The notes below the pieces were generated by a model. The model ran no database searches, was not told the origin of the DNA, and saw nothing but the letters and a program-made list of their open reading frames with translations. This document shows, piece by piece, positions 41,401 through 56,400 of a DNA stretch of 64,000 nucleotides. How positions within the stretch are numbered: the first letter of the stretch is position 1; every line of letters starts with the position of its first letter. This DNA is from Ruditapes philippinarum. Taxonomy: Eukaryota. The stretch covers positions 124,001 to 188,000 of the forward strand of contig NW_026855774.1 of assembly GCF_026571515.1 (NCBI RefSeq), written 5' to 3'. Position numbers and translations under genes: made by a program.

Positions 41401-44400
41401 ATTGCTTTAAACAACTATTTTCAGTATAGTGCACTGAAACACTTTGTTACTTTTACAATCAGAACTACCTTTTATGAAGGTTTGTCTTATGTTACATATA
41501 ATAGGTGTTCCACATGTGCCAAGAAATGCCACCAGATTCTCGCAGACCTCTAGATACATTCTATGATGAGGATATGGGACGTTTACAGACATACAGTTTA
41601 GAGGTATTTATGTATACACATATTATCACCCATTTTGATATAGTTGTGTCAGCTTGAGTTTACATGTACACAATTTCATTGGTTATTTTCATTTTATGTT
41701 AGGTGTACTTATGAAGAAAAAAAGATGCTTTCATGTGCAACTTGATATGTTATTTATTTTAGTCAGGAATGTGAAAAGAATTGCCTTACAAATTGAGTAA
41801 TTTTATGGAAACCATAAATGCATTTTACAAACTCTTTTGAAAGGTTAGCGTATTTCTTTGATACACTTTACAATGATAAAACTTAAATTCCTAATTACAT
41901 ATAATTCTTGTCTCATCTGAACTTCCTCATTTGTGATAGCTTTAAATGTTGTAATAAGTATTGTATTTAAACATGCATATATAATGACTTTATTTTATTT
42001 TCTTAGCTTTAGAATTTTAGTATATAGCTTCACAAGGTGTTCAGGAAAGAAAAAAAAAATCCTATATTTTAGCTGTTATAATAAGAGATGACTTTAGTCA
42101 TGATAGAGAGTGAATGACATTACATGTCAGAAATCAATAATCAAAATTATTAGAATTTTGTGAATAGAATAGAACAATTGTTTCAGATTAAATTACTTTC
42201 CACTTATAAACACTTGCAGTAACATTTTCATATGTTACTATGCCATACATAAAGATAATACATCTATGTCTTGTAGCTGGTGTTCACTTGATGAAATATA
42301 TTTTAATCTTACAAATAAACAAATACTAGTATATGCTCTCCCATAAGTTATTTCACTCTCAAGGCTTTAGACTATATTGTGAAACTTGCTGCCAACTTTG
42401 TTTCAGATTTCAACTTTCTTTCATGGGGTATGTTTAAATACACTGCATTACTGCTAGGACTGCATAGTTTATTATGTATATATTTGTAATGTAGTTTTAT
42501 ATTCATTAGTTGTGGCTAGTTGGTTTTATTTCATTTACATGAATATTTTACATGAAAAAGTTTATTGTGTGATTGAGATTCTATTCATTGTAAAAAAGTC
42601 AGAAACAAGATAAAATTGGTAGTTATACCCCCGCACAACAAAGTTGTAAGGGGGGTATACTGGAATCAGCTTGTCCATCCGTCCGTCCGGCTGTCCGGCC
42701 GTTCGTCCGTCGGTTTTTTCTTGTCCGCCCAATAACTTAAGATTCCTTTGACCCTTAGTCTTCATATTTGGCATGGAGGTTAGTCATGATTAGTAGATGA
42801 CCCCTATTGATTTTGAGGTCACCAGGTCAAAGGTCAAGGTCACAGGGGCCTTGACTTCAAAAAGCTTGTCCGCCCAATAACTTAAGATTCCTTCTACAGT
42901 CGTCATATTTGGCATGGAGGTTAGTCATGATTAGTAGATGCCCCCTATTGATTTTGAGGTCACCAGGTCAAAGGTCAAGGTCACAGGGGCCTTGACTTCA
43001 AAAAGCTTGTCCGCCCAATAACTTAAGATTCCTTTGACCCATAGTCTTCATATTTGGCATTGAGGTTAGTCATGATTAGTAGATGACCCCTATTGACTTT
43101 GAGGTCACCAGGTCAAAGGTCAAGGTCACAGGGGCCTTGACTTCAAAAAGCTTGTCCGCCCAATAACTTAAGATTCCTTTCACCCACAGTCTTCATATTT
43201 GGCATGGAGGTTAGTCATGATTATTAGATGACCCCTATTGATTTTGAGGTCACCAGGTCAAAGGTCAAGGTCACAGGGGCCTTGACTTCAAAAAGCTTGT
43301 CCGCCCAATAACTTAAGATTCCTTTGACCCACAGTCTTCATATTTGGAATGGAGGTTTAGTCATGATTAGTAGATGACCCCTATTGATTTTGAGGTCACC
43401 AGGTCAAAGGTCAAGGTCACAGGGACTTTGACTTCAAAAAGTTTGTCTGCCCAATAACTTTAGATTCCTTTGACCCACAGTCTTCATATTTGGCATGGAT
43501 GTTGATCATGATTAGTAGATGCCCTTTTGATTTTGAGGTCACTGGATCAAAGGTCAAGGTCATAGGGACTTTGACTTCAAAAAGTTTGTCCACCCATTAA
43601 CTTAAGATTCCTTTGACCCACAGTCTTCATATTTGGCATGGATGTTGATCATGACTATAAGGTGACCCCTATTGATTTTGAGGTCACTGGGTCAAAGGTC
43701 AAGGTCACAGGGACCTTGACAAAAAAGAGCTTTTCTTCTCAATTGCTAAAGAATGTCCTGTCCGCAATGTATTGATTTTGACATTTTCACACTTGAAGCA
43801 TGTAGAATACATAACTTAGCAATGCACTGGCTTAGTAACCTCAGATTTGGCAGGGAGGTTGTCCTTGAGCTCTAAATGGCCACTGTTGATTCTGACAAAG
43901 TGGTATGCGGGGAATTCACGCCATGATAGTGGCAGTTCTAGTTTTATTATATACTTGCTGTAAGGAATTGACTTTATAGAATTAATGTCATTATATAAAC
44001 TTGTTGCCAATAACCGTATTCATAGGTATTCGTAGGTACTAGTAAATTACAGAAATTATTTCATGTAAAAAATGTTAATGAAATACCATGCCACTTTGTT
44101 TTTGAAATTGTATTTGAAGCAAATTTTCAGGACTTATTGTTTCTTTGTTTTTGTTGCATTTGTTTGATGACAATGAAGCTCAGATTATAATGATTTAGGA
44201 AGAATGCATAATTACAATCTAATAGGAAAGATTAATGATTTAGGAAGAATGCATAATTACAATCTAATAGGAAAGATTAATGCTTTAGGAAGAATGCATA
44301 ATTACAATCTAATAGGAAAGATTAATGCTTTAGGAAAAATGCATAATTACAATCTAATAGGAAAGATTAATGCTTTAGGAAGAATGCATAATTACAATCT

Positions 44401-47400
44401 AATAGGAAAGATTAATGCTTTAGGAAGAATGCATAATTACAATCTAATAGGAAAGATTAATGCTTAAGGAAGAATGCATAATTACAATCTAATAGGAAAG
44501 ATTAATGCTTTAGGAAGAATGCATAATTACAATCTAATAGGAAAGATTAATGCTTTAGGAAGAATGCATAATTACAATCTAATAGGAAAGATTAATGCTT
44601 TAGGAAGAATGCATAATTACAATCTAATAGGAAAGATTAATGCTTAAGGAAGAATGCATAATTACAATCTAATAGGAAAGATTGATGCTTAAGGAAGAAT
44701 GCATAACTACAATCTAATAGGAAAGATTAATGCTTAAGGAAGAATGCATAATTACAATCTAATAGGAAAGATTAATGCTTTAGGAAAAATGCATAATTAC
44801 AATCTAATAGGGAAAGATTGATGCTTAAGGAAGAATGCATAATTACAATCTAATAGGAAAGATTAATGCTTTAGGAAGAATGCATAATTACAATCTAATA
44901 GGAAAGATTGATGCTTAAGGAAGAATGCATAATTACAATCTAATAGGAAAGATTAATGCTTTAGGAAGAATGCATAATTACAATCTAATAGGAAAGATTG
45001 ATTCTTAAGGAAGAATGCATAATTACAATCTAATAGGAAAGATTAATGCTTAAGGAAGAATGCATAATTACAATCTAATAGGAAAGATTGATGCTTAAGG
45101 AAGAATGCATAATTACAATCTAATAGGAAAGATTAATGCTTTAGGAAAAATGCATAATTACAATCTAATAGGAAAGATAAGAAACTAAATTGGAAGAATG
45201 CATAATTACAATCTAATAGGAATGATAACTGTAACTGTAAAGTCTTTTCTAATGGTAGTATTTTATATAGTATGATAAAAACAATTATTTCATTTTAATT
45301 AAATGTTGGTGATAACAGGTTTTTTTTATTACATTGACTAAAGTGCAATAAATGTATTATATTTTTAATCAGATTTATATTTCAATAAGTGTCAATAACT
45401 TAAACAAGAAAGTTGATAGTATGGTCCTACAGTGACTATTCCATCAGGTAATATTTCACCTAACCTGATGAAATATCCATTGATACATTATTTTATTATA
45501 TTAGAGATAGGTGATTAGATTTATATTTTTTGTCTCTCCCACTTATACGATTTTATTTAGTTTGTATTTTTCACAACAGAAATTTAAAATTACGGGTTAG
45601 TTATCAGAAAGCGGTTGGGTGAATTGAACCAATATACCAAAAGCAAAAATTAGAGTTAAAACAAACAAATGTTTATTACTTAAGGTTCATATCGTGTAAA
45701 GGATCTCAAATGTTATGAAAAAAAGGTAAGCTATTAGGCAAGTTTATAAAAGATCTGTGGACTGCTCTACTGTGGAGCCCCCTCAGATGCATGTAATAAT
45801 GCATGGAGAGGTATTCCATCAGAAAATAGTGACTGTAGGATCATGAACAAGAGAGACAGCAACAATGTATATATAATTTATTTTACATGTTATATACAAA
45901 CATATAGGTAAAGGTTGAACACATATGTTACATGAAGTGTGACTGATGGAAGTGTCCAGTTTAATTGTTGTATTGCATCTTCACTTGAATTTGAATGTTA
46001 GAAGGTGACAGCATGCACTGTGTTACTGGTTTTCTTAACAGTAGACATTCAAATGAAAGAAATGTATAACATAATTTTGCTTTCCTCCCCTATTACAATC
46101 TAGTCATTTCGTTGCTATTCCATTGTAAGCCCATATAGAAATTACAGTTTTGATATTTTTAAAGGGCAATCAACAATTTTTGAAGGGCCTATTGGACAGG
46201 TCATTTAGGTGTCTTTAACTAAAAGTTAAAGTTATAAAAATATAATTTTATTTTTCCTGGGAAGCAAGTGAGTTTCAGTGAATGTTCCTAAGAAACTCGT
46301 TCAAGGAAATGAACATTAAATTTTTATTATACATTTTAACTAATGTTACTTTATGTTGGTGATTATCACATAAATTATTTCGCTTTTTAATCAGTATGTT
46401 TATTTTTTCAAATAAGCTATTGGTTATATTTTAATGCATAATATCTATAAAAAAAGGTTTAAGACTGTTGAAATGGACTAATATACATATAATAGAATGC
46501 TTAAAACATAATAGACATTGCTAGAATTTCATTATATGTACAATATATTTGTATGTTATATGTTATAAGCAGTGTAGCTGTATGTTATGGCTTACTATAC
46601 TGACTGTATTATAGACTTTCCCTGCATTGTATTTTTAAATATTCCTTGTAGTTTTAAAAGGGTTTCAAACAACAGTTTTTTAGCTTTAAATATAATAAGA
46701 CTGAATTTTAAGATGCACATTGAAGAGGGCCCGGTTTTGTTTTAAATTTTTTAACCCTGAAACTTTTTGTAAATTTTATCTATTTATTTCAAGCATTTAT
46801 AGGTAAAAAAGAAGATGTAGGCTTATAATCTATGTTACCTTTAACTTGTTTATCTTGCATTAATGTCAGACATGAAGAAAAATGCTGAAAAGCATTGGTA
46901 GTAAACTTGAAATTTTTTTTAAAGAGGCCTTACATTTAAAAAAGATTTATTAAGAATGGTTCGTTAGATTAATTTAGTAACTGTACTTACAAAATTATGT
47001 ATGTACAGTGTAATGCTATTGTTACTTGAAATTATCTTTACTTTCTTGAATTATGTGAATGTGAGATATTACCATTAAAGACCTACATGTATACAATTTA
47101 AATGAGATATATGAATAAAAGTGATTTAAAGAATAAGCAAGATTATGCTGGTATACCACATGGGAATATTAGTTATGTTACACACTACCAGCTGACACTA
47201 TAACTGTTCTATACTGGCTCTAAACTCAAACACCCAGTTTTGTTTGCTCTCATTTGTTATAAAACTAACACAAAAGTTGATTTTACTTTACAGTCTGCAG
47301 TTGACCTATCACCTGACCATTTCAACAACAGTACATCTCTACCAGTTATCAGAACATCTGATGTACAGAGAGGAATGGACTTCTTCTCGCCATGGCTCGC

Positions 47401-50400
47401 CCCTGACAATAAACAGCCATTTATACTGGTCGGACCCGAGGGATGTGGAAAAGGGTATATTTATTTTTTCTAAATAATCATCATTCCATCATTTAGTTTC
47501 TTATATAAGCAGTTAAAGTTAAATCTAGGTTTAATATTTCTTGTATAGCTAACTTCTGTTAATTTATTAGCTCACCTGAGCATGTTCAGGGTGAGCTTTT
47601 AGGATCGATGATTGTCAGTCGTCCGTCCGTTCACATTTTGTTGTTAACACTCTAGCTGTCGCATTTTTGCCTCAATCATCATCAAACTTGGTCAGGATGC
47701 TAATCTAGTTGATAGCTTGGATGAGTTCGAACATGGGTCATCTCGGATGAAAAACTAGGTCACAAGAGCTAAAAATAGAAAAACCTTGTTAACACTCTAG
47801 AGGTCACATTTTTGCCTCAATCATCATCAAACTTGGTCAGGATGTTTGTCTAGGTGATAGCTCGGATGAGTTCGAACATAGGTCATCTCGGATGAAAAAG
47901 TAGGTCACCGGAGCTAAAAATAGAAAAACCTTGTTAACACTCCAGCGGTCACATTTTTGCCTCAATCATCATCAAACTTGGTCAGGATGCTTATCTAGTT
48001 GATAGCTCGGATGAGTTCGAACATGGGTCATCTCGGATGAAAAACTAGGTCACAAGAGCTAAAAATAGAAAAACCTTGTTAACACTCTAGAGGTCACATT
48101 TTTGCCTCAATCATCATCAAACTTGGTCAGGATGTTTGTCTAGGTGATAGCTTGGATGACTTCGAACATGGGTCATCTCGGATGAAAAAGTAGGTCACCG
48201 GAGCTAAAAATAGAAAAACCTTGTTAACACTCTAGCGGTCACATTTTTGCATCAATCATCATCAAACTTGGTCAGGAAGCTTGTCTAGGTGATAGCTCGG
48301 ATGAGTTCGAACATGGGTCATCTCTGATGAAAAAGTAGGTCACTGGAGATAAAAATAGAAAAACCTTGTTAACACTCTAGCGGTCACATTTTTGCATCAA
48401 TCATCATCAAACTTGGTCAGGATGCTTGTCTAGGGGATAGCTTGGATGAGTTCGTACATATGCATCTCAGATGAAAAAGTAGGTCACCAGAGCTAAAAAT
48501 AGAAAAACTTTATTAACACACTAGCGGTCACATTTTTGCCTCAATCATCATCAAACTTGGTCAGGATGCTTGTCTAGGTGATAGCTTGCATGAGTTCGAA
48601 CATGGGTCATCTCAGATGAAAAACTAGGTCACCGGAGCTAAAAATAGAAAAACCTTGTTAACACTCAAGCGGTCACATTTTTGCCTCAATCATCATCAAA
48701 CTTGGTCAGGATGCTTATCTATTTGATAGCTCGGATGAGTTCGAACATTTGTCATCTCGGATGAAAAACTAGGTCACAAGAGCTAAAAATAGAAAAACCT
48801 TGTTAACACTCTAGCGGTCACAATTTTGCCTCAATCATCATCAAACTTGGTCAGGATGTTTGTCTAGTTGATAGCTTGGATGAGTTTGAACATTGGTCAT
48901 CTCGGATGAAAAACTAGGTCACTGGAGCTAAAAATAGAAAAATCTTGTTAACACTCTAGTGGCTACTGTTTTAAGACTTGTACTTTATACCACATATTTA
49001 AATTTATAGTATGATGTTGAAGCACTGTTTTGAACAACTGCGTTCCACCTCTGTTGCCATAGTGCACTGTAGTGCTCAAACCAGTCCTACCCATGTGCTG
49101 CAGAAGCTGAGCCAGACATGTATGGTTCTCAACACTAACACTGGCAGGGTGTATAGACCCAAGGATTGTGAGAGACTAGTTCTCTACCTAAAAGATATAA
49201 ACCTTCCTAAACCTGACAAGTGGGGAACCTGTCAACTCATAGCTTTCCTACAACAGGTTAGTAACTGATAACTGTTAAAAATAAAATGACAGAAATACAT
49301 GTAGTAAGATACAATATTAAAAATATAGAAAATTATGTACTAGCACAATTTATCAAAAGAAAAAGGAATGTTTAGCATTTATGAAGAACAACCAAACTGT
49401 TCACTTTTATCTTTGTTGAGTGTAGTTCTGCAGTATAGACAACATTTGATAACAATAATTCTATTTCTACTACCAGGTTGTGACATACAATGGTTTCTAT
49501 GACAGCAACTTGGAGTGGGTGGGGCTAGAAGGTGTTCAGATTGTTGCCAGTATGAATGCTGGTACATCACTAGGACGACATAAACTTACACCTAGATTCA
49601 CATCTGTTGTCAGGATCTGCTGTATTGGGTAAATACAAATTTATAATAACAGTCAAGTTTTAGTGTCTGTTGTAAAATCTCTTAAACTAAAAACGGGTGT
49701 TTGTCAGTTATAATTGTAGCTGGACAAAACAACTCACTGAATAACAAAAACTTTATAAATTAGATTATGAGAAATTTGTAATGGATTGCTTTAATGTTTC
49801 AATTTAGTGCTGATAACTCCTCAATGCATATTACATTTTTTATATAAGAATAATTAGTTTGTTCTTACTTGTTATATTACACCAGGTACCCAGACAGGGA
49901 GCAGCTACAATCTATCTACAGCTCATATCTGAAACCTATATTACACCGCCAGCTCTCACGTCACCCAGTCTGGAGTAATAACTCCAAGATTCATGCCCTT
50001 GCTGGATCCATGGTGCAACTTTATGATGAGGTATACAAATAAAATAGACTATCATAGAAAACATTGTGAAAGAAGATCTGTATCTAGCTTACAGAAGATA
50101 CATGATTTTACTTGTATGACATTTGGTGCTCCAACTATTATGCAACTATTACCCAGTTTATAAGTGCTTAACAAAAAACAAATACATGTAAATATCAGTC
50201 ATTTGCATATGTGTTGATGTCCTAACTGATTATGTTGGTAATAGATACATACTTATAACAGAGAAATTAAACATTGATTCTTGTTATATTTTACAGTTAA
50301 GGTCAAGGTTTACTGTGGATGACTACAGTCACTATCTGTTTACCCCTCGTGACCTCACAAACTGGGTGCTAAGTTTCTTGAGGTATGACCTGACAGGAGG

Positions 50401-53400
50401 AGCAAAGGAGAACACCAGTGATCATGTACTGGAGATATTTGCCTATGAGGCACGGAGATTGTTTAGAGATAGGATAGTTGGTTCTGAAGGAGAAGACAAG
50501 TTTGACAATGTTCTCATGAATGTTGTCAGGGGTGACTGGTCTGCAAACATATTTGATGACCTAGATAGTAAGTGACCTCTGACTTTTTCTATGACCCTGG
50601 CAAAAAAAGTTTGTTGTGCATAAAAAAAAAACACAAAAAATCTTGGATTTCTTTTTCCCGTCATCTCATGATGATAAGTGGTTAAGTCAACTTTGCAGTC
50701 TTCAACTAAAGAACTCAAATAGATTTTAATTTTATGAAAAAGACAACACAAAAGCTGTGTTTCTGATTTCTTATTCATCATATATGCTAGTTGTTCATTT
50801 CTGTTAAGCTGGCCTGCAGTCTACCCATGTAAACACTCTTTCCTGAAACAACACTCGAAACAATAGCTTCCTGATCTTCCTGCTAGAAAATTGTAATATT
50901 AATTAACATCTGTTGAACTGACATAGTATTTAAAAGTATAAGACTATTTAGGTCACATCTATATTTAATTTGTATTACAGAGGAGTTTTTTGTGACATGG
51001 GGAGCACGTAGAGATTCCTCCGCTCCATCAGCTGCTGGTGCACCACTACCTCCTAGTGGCAAACATCTTGGTAAACTCAATGCTGAAGACCTGAAAGCCA
51101 TTATTGAGAAAGGAATCAGATTCTATGGTAAAGCATCACTTTTAAAAAATTGTATATATATATATACAAAAAATGAAAACAAGTGCCGGAAAAAAGTCAC
51201 ATATAAAACAAAAAACACAGTCCATGAGTTAACTTATTTAATTATTTGCCAACCGGTTTCTCTTATGATCATCAGGGCAAATGTGATGTCACATCTTATT
51301 TCTTTATGCTTTTCATTTACATAGAAAATTTATGTAAAATCATATTGTCTCTGTTGATTTTTGAAGTCTTTTTGGTAATTATATATGACCAGAACACTTT
51401 GTTTTTCTTATTATACAGATATTTTTTTATTTCTTTGTATAACGTATATCTTGTCTATCCACATTGGTAATTGAAAAAGTCGGACATATCTTTCTGATTT
51501 GAGGAGTTGTTTTCTGTATAACACTATATTTAGACAATAATTAAGATAGCCTTTACTTTATTCTATGTTATACTTTTCTCCATATTAGAACGAGACAACC
51601 GTGACCTTGACATCCTCATATTTAATGAGGTATTGGATACAATGGCTCGTGTAGATCGTGTACTCACCAAACCTGGTGGCTCACTCTTGATGGCTGGACG
51701 TAGTGGAGTCGGACGTAGGACAGCCGTATCACTGGTCACAAATATGCACCAAATGCAGCTATTCACACCAAAAATATCTCGTGGATATTCAATCAAAAAC
51801 TTCAAGAATGACCTTAAAGCTGTGAGTGCTTTACATAGAAAATGTGTCATTTCCATAATTGTATTCTTGTGAATTATTTATCTTATTTGAATATAAGATA
51901 CCTGAATATTAGATAATTCAGTATTAAATATTTATAAATGTCTGAGCTGTTGTCCGAGGCTCGCTTTATAAAATTTCTTGAAATGTGAAATAAAACTTTA
52001 TATGATATGGCAACTCAATTATTAGATCCTTTATATAATACAAATGTATATAGACTTTTTTAAGTGGCATAAAAGGATTTTGTGTAAGAAGCTCATGAAC
52101 TTTAGAAAGATAGTAAAATAGATAAAGTTAGTGTTATTATTGTATATTAATGTAATGATATATACAGGCGATGCAACAAGCTGGTATAGAAGGGGAGCAG
52201 GTAGTATTGCTGTTAGAGGATCACCATTTTGTGGACCCAACTTTCCTTGAGCTTGTCAATAGTCTTCTGTCAGCTGGTGAGGTACCAGGACTTTACACAC
52301 CAGAGGAGCTTGAACCTATACTGAACCCTCTCAGAGACATGGCGTCAGAGGCCGGCTTTAGGGGAACTCTCATCAACTTCTTTGCTCAGAGTAAGCACAA
52401 CCTATTTTGTTTTTATCAAGCGAATTGAAATAACGATCATATTTAGTTACTGAAAGATTCATAAAAAACTATGTTGCAGCTTACTACTGTTTTCTACATG
52501 TACATGTGTTTGCTGCCTATTGACTATTGTGACTGGTTGTTTATGTTTTAAGAATCATATATTTTGTAATACATTATTTGTGTGTATTTATAGGAATCAA
52601 GACTAATCTTCATATTGCTCTCATCATGGACTGTACAAATGATAAATTTATATTGAACTGTGAGAGTAACCCTGCTTTATATAAGGAGTGTGCTGTACAG
52701 TGGATGGAAGGCTGGAGTAGAGACAGTATGATTAAGGTAAATATTCATATATTGTATGGTAGCTCATTTATTTTTTGCTGAATTTTGTTGTCATATTCCC
52801 CCCCACCCAATAAATACATTATATACATGTATGAAACAAATTAACTATGATAATGATTCTTAATACATGTATAAATAAGTCCACTACTTCAATGTCTTAA
52901 TAATAACTGTCCATAAATAGTATCCAAATCGAAGAAATATATATATTCTATATATTGATCCAAATATATGAAATGTTATTGACTTTTTTGGTCCCAGAAA
53001 TTCATAATCTTTGTCATTTTAACTTTCATGAAGGACTTAATTGTTCTATAATTTATATGTGTAGCAAAATAAGTTGAAAATTTACATTGGGCAATTCTCT
53101 TTTGGTGCTATTTTGTTGTGATTCCATGTACATAAATAGAAAGCAGATTTTCTAATTATTGGGTTATGATTTTGATATGCTGCTACTAGAAAACCAAGTC
53201 ATTATTTTTTTACAATAGATAATCTCTATATTTTACTTTATCTGCTGAAGCATAAAACTTGGAGAGTTGCATATAATGTGATTACAGTGGCAAACAATTG
53301 TATGGATGTCTTTTGCAAACAATTTTTGTTTGATGTATGGACTGTATGAAGCCTTTGTATTTTTTTATATATTAAGATCCCATACATGTTGCTGACCAAA

Positions 53401-56400
53401 CCACCAAAGATAGAGGGAGCTACCATCGGAGAGACCAAACAACATAAACGTAAACTATCTGGTGGTGAAGATCTACTGAAAGGTTTTCTACATGTACATG
53501 AGTCTGCTGCCCAGACTAACCTTGGTGCCACTCCTAGAAGATACATTGCCTTCCTTAATACCTACCAACAAGTGTATAGTAACAAGAAAAAAGGTATTGA
53601 GACAAGACAACACCATCTGCAGGTATATATTACTCCTTCCTAAGGAATGTTATCTATAAATCTTTACTCCCACTTAATAAATGTGACAGCTATTTGTCCT
53701 GCTGTAAATCTAGATCATTTTAAATGATTTCACTATCAGAAACTAAACAGCTTAGAGCACGTATTTGTTATCATTTTTTTAGAGTTATAACTTTTTTAAA
53801 TTGCTCATATTACATGTATTTACACCATTTTAAATTCATAACATCAGTAAAACTACCGTCATGATAAAGATGCAGAAGTTAGAATGTAAGATATTATATA
53901 TGTTATCTGTTATAGGCTGGTGTATCTAAGTTGAATGAAGCTAAACAGTTAGTAGATGAGCTGAAGAGGAAGGCAGGAGAACAGAGTGTACTACTAGCAG
54001 AGAAACAGAATGAAGCTGACCAGGCCCTCTCACATATCACAGAGAGCATGCAGGTAGATAATTGTTTTCTATGAGTTAAATATAGATGTTACATGCTCAG
54101 ATGTCACAGGGACATATACAAACACTTGAAATTTCATAAAAACTTGGTTAAGATTGCATTTGTGAAGAGATGTATCACAGTTTTCTGTGTAATTTTAGAA
54201 TGCTAATGAGCAGAAGAATGAGATGGAAGTGTTGAAACAACAAGCAGCTGAGGAGAACAAGATACTGGATAAACGTAAGAGAGCCATTGACAAGGAGTTA
54301 GCTGAGGTAGAACCTCTTGTACAGGCAGCACGTTCAGCTGTAGGTAACATCAAGACAGAATCATTGTCTGAGATCAGATCTCTCCGTGCACCACCACCAG
54401 TTATCAGAGACATTCTTGAGGGTGTTCTTAGACTCATGGGAATCTATGATACATCATGGGTTAGCATGAAAAGGTAATGAACTTCATAAAATATAATGCT
54501 GAGATGAATTTTAAGATGCATTTAATTTTGCGGTATTAATTATTGTGTTTTCCTAATATGAAAATTTCAGACTTAGATGAGTGTATAGAAAGAACCTGTG
54601 CTGTGGAATACCACCTAATAAATACACAAATAGCTTGCATGGCATCTAATCCTTTAACATTTTAAGCATAATTTGTCAACTACAGGCCCCTTTAAAGAGG
54701 GATATTTATCTGTATTGTGTTGTGCTTAAGACATTGCTATCTCAAAAATATATAGTTTTATCTAATTTTTTTCTGAATTTATTATATAGTTTCCTTGCAA
54801 AGAGAGGTGTGAAGGATGAAATTCAGACATTTGATGCGAGAGCTATCAACCCGAAGATTAGAGAAGATGTTGAAGATCTGTTGAAGAAAAACAAGGATTC
54901 TTTTGATCCAAAGGTATGAAAAAATGTTTTGACAGAACATGACTCTGCATATTACAGTTTAGCTAAATATATAATATAACTAATATGTTTGATATTTCCT
55001 TTTAATTTAAAGTTTAAGGTGAGTTTGCAATTTTCTTGTATTTTTGTTGTTTTCATTGCTTTCATGGGAACTCCCATTTCTAGAATTTTTCAACAAATCA
55101 TTTTTAATTTATATTTCAGAGTGCAAGAAGGGCCTCAGTTGCAGCTGAGCCTCTGGCAGCCTGGGTTAGAGCTAATGTACAGTACTCCTATGTCCTGGAA
55201 AAGATTGAACCTCTAGAGAAGGAACAAAATGAACTCAAAAAGTAAGAAATATTTTTTTTATAGAAAATTTTTGCTCTTTAATATACCTTTACATAGTTTT
55301 TAGCAGAGAAATCTATCTGTTTATTGAAGGCTTCCTAGATATACATAATCTTGTAAGGAAAAAATTAGACTTGCAGTCTCTAATTTAATTTCTTTGCCTC
55401 AAAATTGAATTCTTCCACCTCAGAGTCTTAAGAATTTAGATCTTATACATTTTTATCATAATTTATTGAAAAACCTGAAAAAACAACATAAAATGAGACT
55501 TTATATAAAGATACATGATTGATTATTGTCTGGTTTTGTAGAAATTTACATAAAGCTGAGTCTAGAATGGAAAAACTTAGTCGCGCCCTGGATGAGGTAG
55601 ACCAGAAGGTGGCTCAATACAGAAACAGATTTGAAACTCTCACTAAAGAAGCTGCAGAGCTGAAGATTAAACTGGATAAAGAGAATGAAACTATTCTTGC
55701 TGCAGAGACATTGGTTTCCAAGCTAGATGGAGAGTATACTCGCTGGAACAATCAGGTTATTATGCTAAACTTTATATTATTGATAGGGTCAAGTTCAAGA
55801 TCACTGGTGTAAAGAAAATAAATTTTTACACTTTTGCTCATTATAAACTGATATCTTTCATGTTTTTTGTCTTTTATATTTAGTAGGAACATAAATTGGA
55901 TAGTCTTCTTACTTTATTTATTGACAGATATATTTCATATTTGGTAGGAACATAGCAGGTGGTCCTCTTCAGTTTTGTGGAGTGGGGTCAAGATCCAAGG
56001 GTGCTAAAAAATAGGTTTTCACATATTTGTTCATACAGCCTTTATTTATTGACAGGTGTGTTTCATATTTGGAAGGAACACCAGAGTAAGGAGTCACTAA
56101 AGGACAAGGCCACAAATGCCAACAATAGATTTTTTACACTATTGCTTATATAGCCTTTAGTTTTTCACTAATGTTTTTCATATTTGGATGGAACATACTT
56201 TCGGTGGTCCTTTTTTTGAAGCCAAAGTCTTGATTAACTTTGATTAACTATTATTGGTGATTAAATATTTTTCAATTTCCTTAAATTGCAATGACCTGTC
56301 AAGTAACAATTTTTTTACAATAACAAAAATATTCATGATTTATGTGAATATTTTAACATCTTGTAATTTATAGATTCAAGATCTTTTCAGTACATATTGA

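Noticed and set aside
44204-44467. Repetitive ORF ([15 protein letters not shown])n
   Set aside because: By-product of a 45-bp (3n) minisatellite; variant units introduce stops; no splice or homology support.
46265-46267. 3-nt microexon CAA before gtgagt
   Set aside because: Acceptor (ctgggaag) is poor; cannot be distinguished from chance.
23070-54437. Minus-strand ORFs overlapping exons (for example 23070, 26423, 30411, 51563, 54195)
   Set aside because: Antisense shadows of dynein exons.
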